Shown here in pieces: positions 52,040 to 64,000 of a DNA stretch of 64,000 nt. The first letter of the stretch is position 1, and each line of letters begins with the position of its first letter. The DNA is taken from contig NC_135882.1 of the NCBI RefSeq assembly GCF_964194155.1, positions 121,396,001 through 121,460,000 of the forward strand, read 5' to 3'. The notes under the pieces were generated by a model that made no database searches, was not told the origin of the DNA, and saw nothing but the letters and a program-made list of their open reading frames with translations. The translations under genes were made by a program, and so were the position numbers. This stretch comes from Cetorhinus maximus. Its lineage: Eukaryota.

Positions 52040-54679
52040 CTGGAACATGAAGAAAATATTAATGGATACAATAAATCAATAAAGCAGAAATTAAGTTTAC
52101 AGAGACGTCCGATCTATTCAAATACTTTAAATAGAGTAACAGTCTTAAATAATAATCCTGACATTGATGATAACTGTGAATATGCAGGACTTGTCAAGAT
52201 TATTGGTTGCACTTCAATTCTTGCAAGAAATGTATTCAGAAGTAAACAAGAAACTTCCTTCAATAATAAGTTTCCAACAACACCAGAACCTAGCCTACAC
52301 GTGTCTCATCCTCCACAGCACAATTGACTCCAGAACGCCTTGGAATGGGTAATAAAGATTGCTTTGTCATTGCTATTTACGTTCCAAAGGTCAAATTTAA
52401 ACAAAAACTGTTGGATTTACATTGATAATTTATGGTCAGCAATTTAACCCCTCATTTAAAAAACATTTGAACAGAAGAATATATTGCATTAAAAAAAATC
52501 TTTATTCTGAACTTTTTATTATAATTTTATTGCATGTATTAAGATGCAGTTGGACTCGCAGAAACACGAATATAAAGCATACGATTGGTGACTTTTCTTC
52601 TTTCAGTCCCATTAACAATTTAAATAAATTTCTTTTGGAACTTCTATTACCGGTAATGATTTTTTTTCATGTTTTCCTCAGATAAAGTTGCAGTCCAACT
52701 TTTACCTTCCATTACAGACAATGAACACAAATATTTGTTAAGCAAATCTTTATTTTCTTTTGTGGCCAAATATGGTCAGACATATGACTATTTCTATATT
52801 TATATGTTTATAAAAGACCAACTTTTCTGTTTGCATTATCCACAATCTTATATTTGATGCCCCTTTCCTAATAAAAATGTTTGTGCAGTCTTTCTTAGTT
52901 TTCTTCCATATTAGCCCCTCTATATTTATCATGTGGCTTTAAAAATAGAGTGCATTTTCAGGCTTCAGACTTGAGGGCAAAAAAAATTGGCCGATACTAA
53001 ATGTAATAATGAGGGAGTACTGCATTTTCAGGAATCATTAACAAGACATTAAAATGAGGTGCCCCCTGCAAGGTTCTAATGTACTATGCAAAGAGCAAAC
53101 AGCTCATGGTGTCATGGCAAATATTTCTTCCTCAACTAGAATCACGCTTAGATCAGTTGGCTGTTCATCTCATTTGCTTTTCATGGGGTCTAATTCCGTG
53201 CAAATTGGCTACTACGTTTATTCACAAAGCAATAACAGCTTTAAAAAGTAAATAGTCTGATGCGTTTGCCCAAAAAGACACCAATGAAATGCCACTTTAT
53301 TTCTCTAATTTCATCAATGAAACCTCAGTCATTGGCATGCACTCTCCACCAATCCTATTTGGAATATAATTAAGCAACTCAGATTTAAAGATTCCTCACT
53401 GCTGATATGCCATTGGTTTTTTTCCCCAACCATTTAAACTGGGCTAGGTCCACCATTAACACACTGGTGATTAAAGCAAAATACTGCGGATGTTGAAAAT
53501 CTGAAGAAATCATACAGACTTTTAACATTAACTCTGTTTCTCTCTCCATAGATGATGCCAGACCTGCTGAGTTTTTCCAGCATTTTCTGTTTTTATTTAT
53601 TAATACACTGAGGTTAGCTAACTTTTATTCCAACAGCTTAATTCACAATTCCTCTTTCTCTGTATCTTTATCAGTTTGAATCTCATTTATGGTCACTATG
53701 TTTCAATTTTTCTCTCACCTTCAGGTTGCTTAATTGCTCTGCTTCATTACCCCAAAGCAGTTCCAGCCATCTATCCTTCCTTGTTGGGCATTTCTTTATT
53801 TTTACAAATCTATTCCCACAAACTTCACTAACTTACCTACAAATCACACGATCAATTTCTTTCCAATTATTTGGTGTCTACAACCTAGTTTTTTTTTCTC
53901 ATTGAAGTGTGGAATGTCAATGTTTGAGAATATTTACCTTTTTGAGGTAGCTATTATCAGCATCACATACCCCCATGACCTTTACAGCAGAAGGCAACCA
54001 TTGTCCCCATTATATCTCTGTTGGCTCTTTGCTCAAGTAATCCAAAATTAGTCCTACAATCCAGTTTTGAACTCTAACTCCAGTCATTATCTTATTTACC
54101 TATTAGGGTAACAATTTGTTTTGCCTTAATCATGCTCTGTAGCAAAACATTCCATGCTGCAAGAATCTTTATAATTAATAAGGTTAATTAATAATATATT
54201 TCTCTGAAATATATTATAGCAAAACCATTTAGATTTCAACATTATGCAGGCTGAAGCCAAGTTTCCATTAATATAAAATCATAGCCCAACAATCTAGCTG
54301 CTATCTCTAATTCCCTAACTTTTTCTATTGCTTTGTGCATTAGTAACTCTGTACCATTTATAACATCACTTCTAACTGCTTCAAGATGTAACACAGAGTA
54401 TACTATTTTAGACTGCTTTTGCTGTTTCCTTCTTTATTCCAAACTCTTCAGTTAGTTCAATTAATAATTGTGAATTTGGGATACATTTTTGCTAGTCATG
54501 GGTATTAAGGGTCATGGGAGCTAAGGTGGGTGGGTAGTATTAGGATAGAGATCAGCCATGATCTCTTTAAATGACATAACAGGCTCACAGGGCTAAATGG
54601 CCCACTCCTCTTCCTATGTTCTTATCATATCCTGTAGGGTCAGCCTTTCATCCCACTCCACATGTCATTAATGTCAAAC

Positions 54680-55065
54680 AGACTTGAGTACTGTGTGCAG
54701 ATCTAGTCACCTCATTTCAGAAAGAATGTAATTACACTAGAGAGGGTACAGAGGAGATTTGTGAGGATGTGCCAGGACTGAAAAATTGCAGCTATGAGGC
54801 AAGACTGATAGGCTGGGGTTGTTCTCCTTGGAACAGAGGAGGCTGAGGGGAGATTTGATTGAGATGTACAAAATTGTAAGGGATCTGGATAGAGTGGATG
54901 GGAAGGGCTTATTTACTTTAGTAAAGAGATCAGTAACTATAGGGCATAGATTTAAAGTGATCGTTAGAAAGATTAGAGGGGAGGTGAGGAAAACAAATTT
55001 CACCCAGAGGGTTGTTGGGATCTGGACTCACCACCCAAAAGGGTAGGAGAGACAGAAACCCTCAA
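54680..55065 (+). mobile_element. CR1 LINE 3' fragment
   Basis: FSLEQRRLRGDLIEMYKI...NFTQRVVGIW. Confidence 0.82.
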
Positions 55066-55153
55066 CATTTAAAAACTCTGAAGAGTCCTACAGACTCGAA
55101 ACGTTAACTCGGTTTCTCTCTCTAGATGCTGTCAGACCTGCTGAGGTTTTCTG

Positions 55154-55924
55154 GGGCATAATTTTACATTTTACAGTGGCCTGATGTCATCGCATACTCA
55201 CACGATATTTCAGTTGGCAGGTGCGTGCAAGAGTCGGCAGCGTGCCCACCAGCAATTAAGTGGCCTATTAAGGCCATTAATGTATTAATTAACCTGGATT
55301 TTTCACTACCCGTCCAATGTTACGGCTGGTGGGCAGGCAAATCGGCCAGGCAGCCTTTGGATTTTTGAGGAAACCTCATCCAACAGCCGCGATGAGGTTT
55401 CCGATATTAGTTAAAATAAAATAAAAATGTTTGGGCAGAATTTCTATAATCTATATGTTTAGGTGAATAAGTCCAATGTGTGGACATTTTCTAATGCATT
55501 TTAAAATCTTTATTTGATAGTTTTAAATTCTTTAGCTCCCTGAGGCAGCTCTCTGCCTTCTGGGAGCTTTCAGTGCGTGCTCCCCCACACCGACATCAGC
55601 GCTCACCCTCCTCCTACCCCTACCCCTACCCTGGCAACGCTAAGCCTTCAGTGCACCTTTCACGTTAATTGGCCAGCCAGCCTGAAATTGCAGTCAGGGG
55701 CCGAGTGCCGATGCTGGAAAGTGCGATCAGGCTGGATGGCTCCTTTTTCAGCTGGTGCAGACACATTGGGTCGAGTGGCGTCTTCCTGTGCCGTAAACTT
55801 TACATGGTTTTATGACTTTGCCCTTCCAGTCCAGCCAATCACTGGCCTTTCAAAACCAGGCCCATCCTCCATTTCCCAGCCGCTCCCAGGTCCACTCGCC
55901 CAAGCAGACCTCAAAATTCTGGCC
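55154..55924. mobile_element. Harbinger-family MITE containing a copy of neighbouring DNA
   Basis: GGGCATAATTTT...AATTCTGGCC; 55711-55867 duplicates 56039-56191. Confidence 0.85.
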
Positions 55925-56456
55925 CAGCATTTTCTGTTTTTAATTCAGATTTGCAGCATCTGCAGTATTTTGCCTTTACATTTAAAAGGGGTGTGGATAA
56001 CACCTCAAGTACCACCATCTGTAGGGTTGTAGACCAAATGCTGGAAAGTGGGGTCAGGTTGAGTGGCTCCTTTTCCAACCAGCGCATACACAATGGGCCG
56101 AGTGGGGTCTTCCTGTGCTGTAAACTTATGATTTTATGACTTTGTCCTTCCTGTCCAGCCAATCATTGGACTTTCAAAACCGGGCCCATCCAACTTTCTA
56201 CCAACCAAACATTCAGTTGCCTTAATGCATGAGGCAGATACACGTATTAATCAACAGATCTTAAACTGGCGGCCCACTCGCCTGATATTCCCCACAGGCG
56301 GCTGCAGGAACAGACAAGTTCCCATTAATGTGTGCAACAAGGTGAGGACAACGACATGCACGTCACTCTCGGACAGCTCGTGCAACAACCAACGGTGGGG
56401 AGCCTTAACAAATGTGTAAACAACATGGACAAGAAACCATAAACAAACCGTACTAC

Positions 56457-56490
56457 CTCCAGCCGCGATTATTGGCACTAAGGACCACAT
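56457..56490 (-). CDS. NBN: NBN (nibrin/NBS1) coding exon 1
   Basis: ATG TGG TCC TTA... = MWSLVPIIAAG+G, like human MWKLLPAAG. Phase-1 GT donor joins exon 2 in frame; an alternative donor lies 3 nt downstream. Confidence 0.85.
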
Positions 56491-56772
56491 CACCGAAACA
56501 ACATGGACCGCTCTCCACGGCCTCGCGTCATCAGTAAGTCCCACGTGACCACCCAGCTGGGGGCGGAGCAAAGCGAGCCCCACGTGATCTACCAGGCACG
56601 GGGCGGGGTAAAGAGAGAACCACGTGGCCTCTCGCCCCACCCACCCCCGCCCGTGGGGGCGGGGTAACGCGAAAACTACGTAATCCAGTAGGCATGGGGG
56701 CGGAGTCAAGACAGCCTGTCCATTGAGATTGTTAATAAAGTCGGAGGATTTTGAATCCGGTTTGGAGGAGCA
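56491..56772. promoter_or_regulatory. CpG-rich bidirectional promoter shared by NBN and DECR1
   Basis: CACGTG E-boxes at 56542, 56581 and 56621; several GGGCGG boxes; E2F-like CGCGAAAA at 56668-56675; lies between two divergent ATGs. Confidence 0.8.
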
Positions 56773-56856
56773 ATGGCTGTTTTTGTTGGTTTGAAGTTGT
56801 CCGGATTGTGGCGCAGGTTTACTGTAACAGCAGCTCGCTTTAGTAGAGATGAGCGG
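56773..56856 (+). CDS. DECR1: DECR1 exon 1 (probable mitochondrial targeting peptide)
   Basis: gcaATGG Kozak context; MAVFVGLKLSGLWRRFTVTAARFSRDER|gtgaga, Arg-rich; phase 0 joins exon 2. Confidence 0.82.
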
Positions 56857-57114
56857 GTGAGATACCGCTGGGAACGTGTTTTGATGAATATTTTAGTGCG
56901 TCAATTGAGAACTTTATTCAGGGAAAAGTGTGAAGTTTGAAGAAATAGTTCATTTCACACTCGGAAAAAAACAGAGAATGCTGGAAACGTACAGCCGATC
57001 AGGCAGTATCTATCGAGAGAGAAACTGATGAGTTTTTCATCAATACTGGAAAACATTAGAGATGTAACTGGTGTGAAGTAACTAATGAGAAAACAGAAAA
57101 TGGTGGAGTTACCT

Positions 57115-58415
57115 TAAATTTGTGCTCTGGTTCCCAATCCTTCCACCAATGGGATCAGTTTCTCCCTATCCGCTCTGTTCAGACCCCTCACAAGTTCAAA
57201 TACCTTTTATCAAATCTCTCAACCTTCTGTCCTCCATGGAGAACAGTCCTAACTCCACCAGTCTAGGTAACTGATCCTCATCACTGGAATCATTCTCGTG
57301 AATCTTTTCTGCACCCTTTTGGCCTTCACATCCTTCCTAAAGTGTGATGCCCAGGACTGGATGCAAAGCTCCAGTTGAGGGTGAACCAATGTTTTATACA
57401 AGTTTAACAGATGAACGTACATACAAACATATGAATTAGGAGCAGGAGTATGTCATTCAGCCCCTCAAGCCTGCTCTGCCATTCAGTGTGGTCATGGCTG
57501 ATCCGATTGTGGCTTCAACTCCACGTTCTGCTTACCCCCATATGTTTCTTGCTCTTGTACTCTGTGCCTCTATTGTTAAAGCCAGGATGCCATATGCTTT
57601 ATTAACTGTTCTCTTTCAACCTGTCCTGCCACCTTCAATGATTTATGCACATATACACCAAGGTCCCTCTGTTCCTGTACCCCCCTTTAGAATTGTACCC
57701 TTTATTTTACATTGTGTCTCTGCATTCTTCCACCCCCCCCCTTTAGAACTGTAACCTTTATTTTATATTGTGTCTCTGCATTCTTCCTACCAAAATGAAT
57801 CACTTCACAATTCTTTGCATTCAGTTTTATCTGCCACTTGTCTGCCTGTTCTATGTAGTTTTGAAGTCCTATACTATTCTCACAGTTCACAATACTTCAA
57901 GTTTTGTATCATATGCAGATTTTGAAATTGTGCCTTGTACACCAAGGTCTAGGCAATTAATATATATCTGGAAGAGCAGGGGTCCTAACACTGACCCATG
58001 GGAAACTCCACTATAAATCTTCCTCCAGTCCAAAAAACAACTATCAACCATTACTTTCTGTTTCCTGCCATTCAGCCAAATTCATATCTATTTTGCTATT
58101 GTCCCTTTTATAGCATGAGCTCTAACTTTGCTCACAAGTTTGTTGTGATCAATTTATCAAATGCCTTTTGGAACTCCATGTAGCCCACATCAACTGCATC
58201 ATCTCTGTTACCTTATTAAAAAACTCAGTCAAGTTGGTTAAACACAATTTTCCCTTAACAAATCCATGCTGACTTTCCTTAATTGGCCATGCCCAAGTGA
58301 CTTAATTTTGTCCTGAATTACCATTTATGGAAACTTCACAACTACTAAGGTTAAATTGACTGGCCTGTAGTTGCTGGGCTTACATTTATATCCTCTTTTA
58401 ACAAGGGTATAATAT
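57115..58415 (-). mobile_element. CR1 LINE RT fragment(s)
   Basis: WQIKLNAKNCEVIHFGRKN, GVSHGSVLGP-like, DFQKAFDK-like motifs on the minus strand. Confidence 0.8.
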
Positions 58416-59024
58416 TTGGGCTCAAATATTAACTGATTGATATATGTTTTTCAACAAATGCTTGACCTGCAGGGAGTTTCCTGATTAACATTTCCAGCTC
58501 TAATTTCTTCAGTTTCATAGCATCTCCAGTATTTTGCTTTCTGCTCATATTGATAATGCTATCTTTTGCCAAGACTAAAGCTGGGCTTATGGTGGTTAGA
58601 GATAAGGACAAAGTTCTGTTTTTTTTCACCAATGATGAAAGTTTATTGTTGAACAACTGACAACTTTAAGGAAATGTTAGGAATAATACAATCAGAATCA
58701 TTGACATCCATTGTAAGTCCATTTATAAGCAAATGATGTGTTATAAGAATGACTGACATCAAAAAATGAGTGGTTTTTGAGTGGTTTGGATTTGTCACTG
58801 GTGAAATCATAGCATTGTTTCACAGCAGCATTTATGAATCTTCACAAAGCTTATAAAATGCCTAAGGGACAACAGTTGATCAGAATGAGTGTAGAACAGG
58901 CAGGTGGTTATCTTTGAAACTCCTGACTATGGGCCCTTTTCTTGGAAGAGCATGAGATAAAACTGCTTCTTCATAATATGAGAACAACCTTTGAGGGAAG
59001 ATAAATAGGACAACAGTCTTTTTT

Positions 59025-60650
59025 ATTCTTTCATGGGATGTGAGCGCCACTGGCAAGGCCAGCATTAGTTGCCCATCCCTAACTGCCCTTGAGAAGATGG
59101 TGGTGAGCTGCCTTCTTGAACTATTGCAGTCCATGTGATGTAGGTATACCTACAGTGCTACAAGAAAGGAAATTCTAGGATTTTGACCCAGCAGTAATGA
59201 AAGAACAACAATTATAGTTCCAAGATCCTGAGGGGACTTGACAGGATAGATGCTGAAAGAACGTTTCCCCTTGTGGGAGAGATTAGAACTAGGCAACAAG
59301 GTTTTAAACTAAGGAGTCCCCTATTTTAGATGGAAGAAATTTTTTCTCTCAGGTGGCCGTGAATCTTTGGAACTCTCTTTCTTAGAGAGCGGGGGAGGCA
59401 GGGTCAGCGGTAGATGGATTCTTGACTAACGAGGGAGTCAAAGATTATCGAGGGTAGGCAGAATGTGGACTTGAGGCCACAATTTGATCAACCATGATCT
59501 TATTGAATAGTGGAGCAGGCTCAAGGGACTGAATGGCCTACTCTTGCTTCTAATTCGTATGTTCATATGTAAGTTCGGACATGTGGTGTAAGTCTGGATA
59601 GTGTGTGGCTTGGAGGGGAACAGGTAAGTGTTAGTGTTCCCACGTGTCTGCTGCCCTTGTCCTCCTGCATGATAGAGGCTTGGAAGGTGGAGGCTTGGCA
59701 AGTTGCTGCAGTCTATCTTGATTTTGGTAAAAGATGCAAAACCAATATGAGAAAAAGTTTTTCATTCACTGAATGGTTAAGGTTTGGAATGCACTGCCTG
59801 AGAGTGTGGCGGAGGCAGGTTCAATCAAAGCATTCAAAAGGGAATTAGACTGTTTTCTGAAAAGGAAGAATGTGCTGGGTTACGGGGAAAAAGAACAGGT
59901 TGCTCATTCAGAGAGCCAGTGTCAATATAATGGGCCGGATGGTCTCCTGCACTGTAATGACTCTGTGATATGGTGCACATTGCTGCCACTTTGCGTCAGT
60001 GGTGGAGAGAGTGGATGTTGAAGGTGGTGGATGGGTTGTCAATCAAGTAGGCTGTTTTGTCTTGGATGGCGTCGAGCTTCTTGAGTGTTGTTGGAGTGGC
60101 ACTCATCCAGGCAAGTGGAGAGTTTTCCGTCACACTCCTGACTTGTGTTTTGTAGATGGTACAACACCTTTCATCATTTTGCAGATGATCAAGAATAGAT
60201 TGATGGGGCAGTAATTGGGTGGATTGTATTTTCCTGCTTTTTGTTGACAGGACATACCTGTGCAATTTTCCACATTGCTGGGTAGATGCCAGTTTTGTCA
60301 CAGCACTGGAACAGTTTGGCTAGAGATGTGGCTAGTTCTGGAGCACAAGTTTTCAGTACTACTACAGGGATGTTGTCAGGGCCTTTGCTGTCTCCAGTGC
60401 CTTCAGCCATTTCTTGATATAATGTGGTGTGAATCCAATTGGCTGAAGATTAGCATCTGTGATGCTGGGGACCAAAGGAGGAGACTGAGATGGGATCTGT
60501 CTGAAGATGGTCACAAATGCTTCAGCCTTGTCTTTTGCACTGAGGTCCTGGGCTCCCCAGTTATTGAGGAAGGGGATATTTGTGGAGCCTCCTCCTCCAG
60601 TTAGTTGTTTAATTGTCCACCACCATTCAAGACAGGGTGCGGCAGGACTA
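59025..60650 (-). mobile_element. Same LINE family, fragmented by CR1 pieces
   Basis: GPDNIPVVVLKTCAPELA, KKLDAIQDKTA; family tail near 59025-59090. Confidence 0.78.
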
Positions 60651-60694
60651 ATGGCTTGCGTGTTCTCCTATCCCATGTATATTGCAAGGACTAA

Positions 60695-61042
<348 letters not shown>

Positions 61043-61465
61043 TAAGTAGATGAGGCGTGCACAGTAGAGTTTTTCTTTAATTTTGTTTAAATACAATACA
61101 TGCCTGACCTGGCCCGAACTACCTGACCTGACAACTGGCAAAATTCAAAATCTGGCACAGGACTTGGTCCCGAGGTTGCTGGTTTTGAGTCATCGTGCCT
61201 GCATTTGGCTTTTTGCATTAGCTGGTACCAAGGCCACCATATTTTACTTGCTTTCGGCAAATGTTGATGTTTGAACGTTTATGAGCTGATAGGCATGGGA
61301 AAACATTTAGAATCATAGAGTTGGATCATGAGACACTGAAGTGACCTGGGCAAGTAGATGGGTGCATGATCTTTTTGAAATTAGATAACTCAAATCCGTT
61401 AAATTTTTCCGAGTTCATGGGCCACAGATACCTAAATAGGTAATTGATTAGGCATAAGTAATTTT

Positions 61466-61704
61466 GACAAAAAACTAAAAAACTACTGCGGATGCTGGAA
61501 ATCCAAAACAAAAACAGAATTACCTGGAAAAACTCAGCAGGTCTGGCAGCATCAGCAGAGAAGAAAAGAGTTGACGTTTCGAGTCCTCATGACCCTTCAG
61601 CAGAACTGAGTTCTGAAGGGTCATGAGGACTCGAAACGTCAATTCTTTTCTTCTCCGCCGTTGCTGCCAGACCTGCTGAGCTTTTCCAGGTAATTCTGTT
61701 TTTG
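61466..61704. repeat. Penelope-derived palindromic (inverted terminal repeat) insertion
   Basis: Near-perfect inverted repeat ~61510-61703; 12-bp TSD ATAAGTAATTTT (61454-61465 / 61705-61716). Confidence 0.8.
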
Positions 61705-64000
61705 ATAAGTAATTTTAAGATGGCTTATTAAGAAATAACAGATTAGATTTGCTATATTAACTAATTAGACAGAAAAAGTATACGACCTGTAACAGCTTAT
61801 GAAAACAGCATTCTGCTCTCTAGTCGAAGTGTTGGGAAACTCTTCCCTCAATCTCTCGACCTTCCTCCTCCTCCCATGGTCCATCTTCTATCTGAAGAAG
61901 GCAGCTGCCCAACGAGCACTGCCACCTCACCAGTACCTCAGCTCCTTACCACCAGTATGACGCCAATATATATACCCTATTTTGGGGGGCTGGTAGCTTA
62001 CCTAGTGCCAATCATCTGTCTAACTATTCTGACCAATGGATACAAGACAAGTACTCAAAATGTCAGGGTGATTACCACCCCCCTTGTTTGTCACCCTGCT
62101 TGAGATCAGCTTTTTAGTTTGCGTCATGCTGGGGTTTGTATCCTGGCCCTTTATAAACACTTGCATAGATAAGGGGGTGTACAAGACACCTTTCTACCAG
62201 CTTAGGAATGTCAACATGGCAGCCTGAACTAAGACAATTTAGAGGTCAAAGTGTTTAGAAATCTTCTTTCCAGAGAGAGAATCAATGTTGTTTAGCTAAT
62301 CCCACAAAATGCAGAAGATACCCATTTATTAAAGACCCCAATTTCTTCCGAATCATAGCAAGTCAATGATTCGTTGAAATCAGCCTTCGTAGACTTTGTT
62401 ATGTAGGGAAGATATAAGAAAGGATGCCCTGAGCACTTTAAGTGTAGATGTACGCAGCCAGGGGCTCTGGACCATCCTACGGACAAACCCTCCTGGAAAG
62501 ATGGGTTGCTGGAGGGACCATGTTTGTCACATCAACAGACAACAGAATCTGGGGCACAACCATTGGTGATAGTCATGTGGAGATTGCACTTCTAACTAAG
62601 GCTTAATGACAATACTGTTCAGGCATTAGCAAGTGTCAAGTCTCCCTTATACTGAATAAAGTATAAATACTGTCATGAATATGGATATTGCTTTGAATCA
62701 TTTTGGAAATTGAGAATGAAAGTGTTAATTGACTCCGTTCTGGTGAATTCTAAAAGAAAGACCACTTAATATTATAATTATCTGTTGTCTTAATTGAACA
62801 AGGGTACCAATGTCAGTATGTACCTCACAAAGGTTTTTGGCTTTAGAGATGATGCTGCTTTGCTGGTATTGTTTTGGGATATAGGTAGGAAGGTTTCCTT
62901 TGTCGTTCCCTTTATCAGAACGTTCTAGCAGTTTTTAGCTTGCTATCTTACTACAAAAACTGCTTGTTTACAGTAATGACAAGGTTACATTTATTTAGTT
63001 CCATGAATGTAGAAAATATCCAAGATGTTACACAAAAATATAATAGCCTCTAAGTCAAAGAAGACATTAGATAAGGTGATCAATAAATTAATTAAAGGAA
63101 TTGAGTTGTAAGGATAGTTTTAATGGAGGAGACAGAACACTAGAAAATAGAATCTAGGCAGCTGAATCCATGGTTGCCAATAATAGATATAAAAGGCAGA
63201 GTTAAAGAGACTGTATTCAGAGGAATGCATAATTCAGGGGGAGGGTTGTAGACCTGGAAAAATTCACAAAGATATCTGAAGAGAATGAGCCACTTCAGTT
63301 ATCAGCTAAATTGTGGTCTGGAAGGGAAGTTGGATGATCACAAGATTAGTGAGAATGGGGAGCAGAAGATAGATCTTATGGAAGAGATAGGCTTTGGGAG
63401 GGAAGATGGGAGGAATTTGTAGAGGGATGAAGATTCAATTTAAGAGTGGGATGGAACTGGAAGAAAGGGATGAAGAAAATAATGAATTTGCACTTATTAA
63501 TCTTTCATATTCTTAAGACATCCCAAATGTTCTAACAGAAATTAATTACTTTGGAAATTAAGTCATTATTGTAGGTAAATTCAACAACCAATTTAGACAA
63601 GCCAGCTTTAACAGACAATGGGTTGAATGACTAATTGATTTATTTTGGTGATGGTCATTGAGGGATAAGTGACTGTAGGACACTGGGAGAACTCCTGTGC
63701 TTTAGTTTGAATAGCCATAGATTCCAGATCATGCCCTGGGTTCTTCCACAACCGCTTGATGAGACTTTGGTTTGACATTGCATTCGTAAGATAGCATCTC
63801 TGGCAATGCAGAACTCTCTCAGTACTGCACTAACATGTCTAGATTATGTGCTTAAATAATAGAGTGGAATTTTAATGAAGCAGCAGGAAAGATATCTAAA
63901 TTGAAAACAAAAAAAAAATCCATAAGCATTTTACACTTGTTAGATGTGAGGGTTTAGGTTCAAATGAAAAGATTTAAGGAGGGAGTTGGTGGTTGTGAAA

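Noticed and set aside
155-55924. Recurrent palindromes as a CRISPR-like or prokaryotic repeat array
   Set aside because: They are dispersed parts of TIR/TSD-bounded MITEs, with no repeat-spacer periodicity and no cas genes.
57680-57790. ~55-bp tandem duplication
   Set aside because: Simple local duplication inside a decayed CR1.

Overview
Eukaryotic (vertebrate) genomic DNA, not prokaryotic. The repeat content (CR1/L2-type LINEs, tRNA-derived SINEs, Penelope-like remnants) suggests a cartilaginous fish such as a shark (inference). The supplied ORF track is mostly noise. The window holds nearly all of NBN (nibrin/NBS1) on the minus strand: 15 coding exons, read manually from ATG 56490 down to 9534, splice in frame to 2252 nt. 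The short terminal exon was not located with confidence. Head-to-head with NBN, 283 bp away, are the first two coding exons of DECR1 (+). Introns are dense with transposons. These include a full-length decayed PIF/Harbinger element (39125-43655; transposase and Myb/SANT gene in convergent orientation) and 14 related ~500-900 bp MITEs built from conserved palindromes. Notable oddities: a 3'-truncated 7SK RNA retrocopy with a 14-bp TSD inside one MITE, a perfect 40-bp inverted copy of the Harbinger Myb exon upstream of its own transposase, minimal hammerhead-ribozyme motifs, and a ~40-bp-periodic E-box/GC-box bidirectional promoter.
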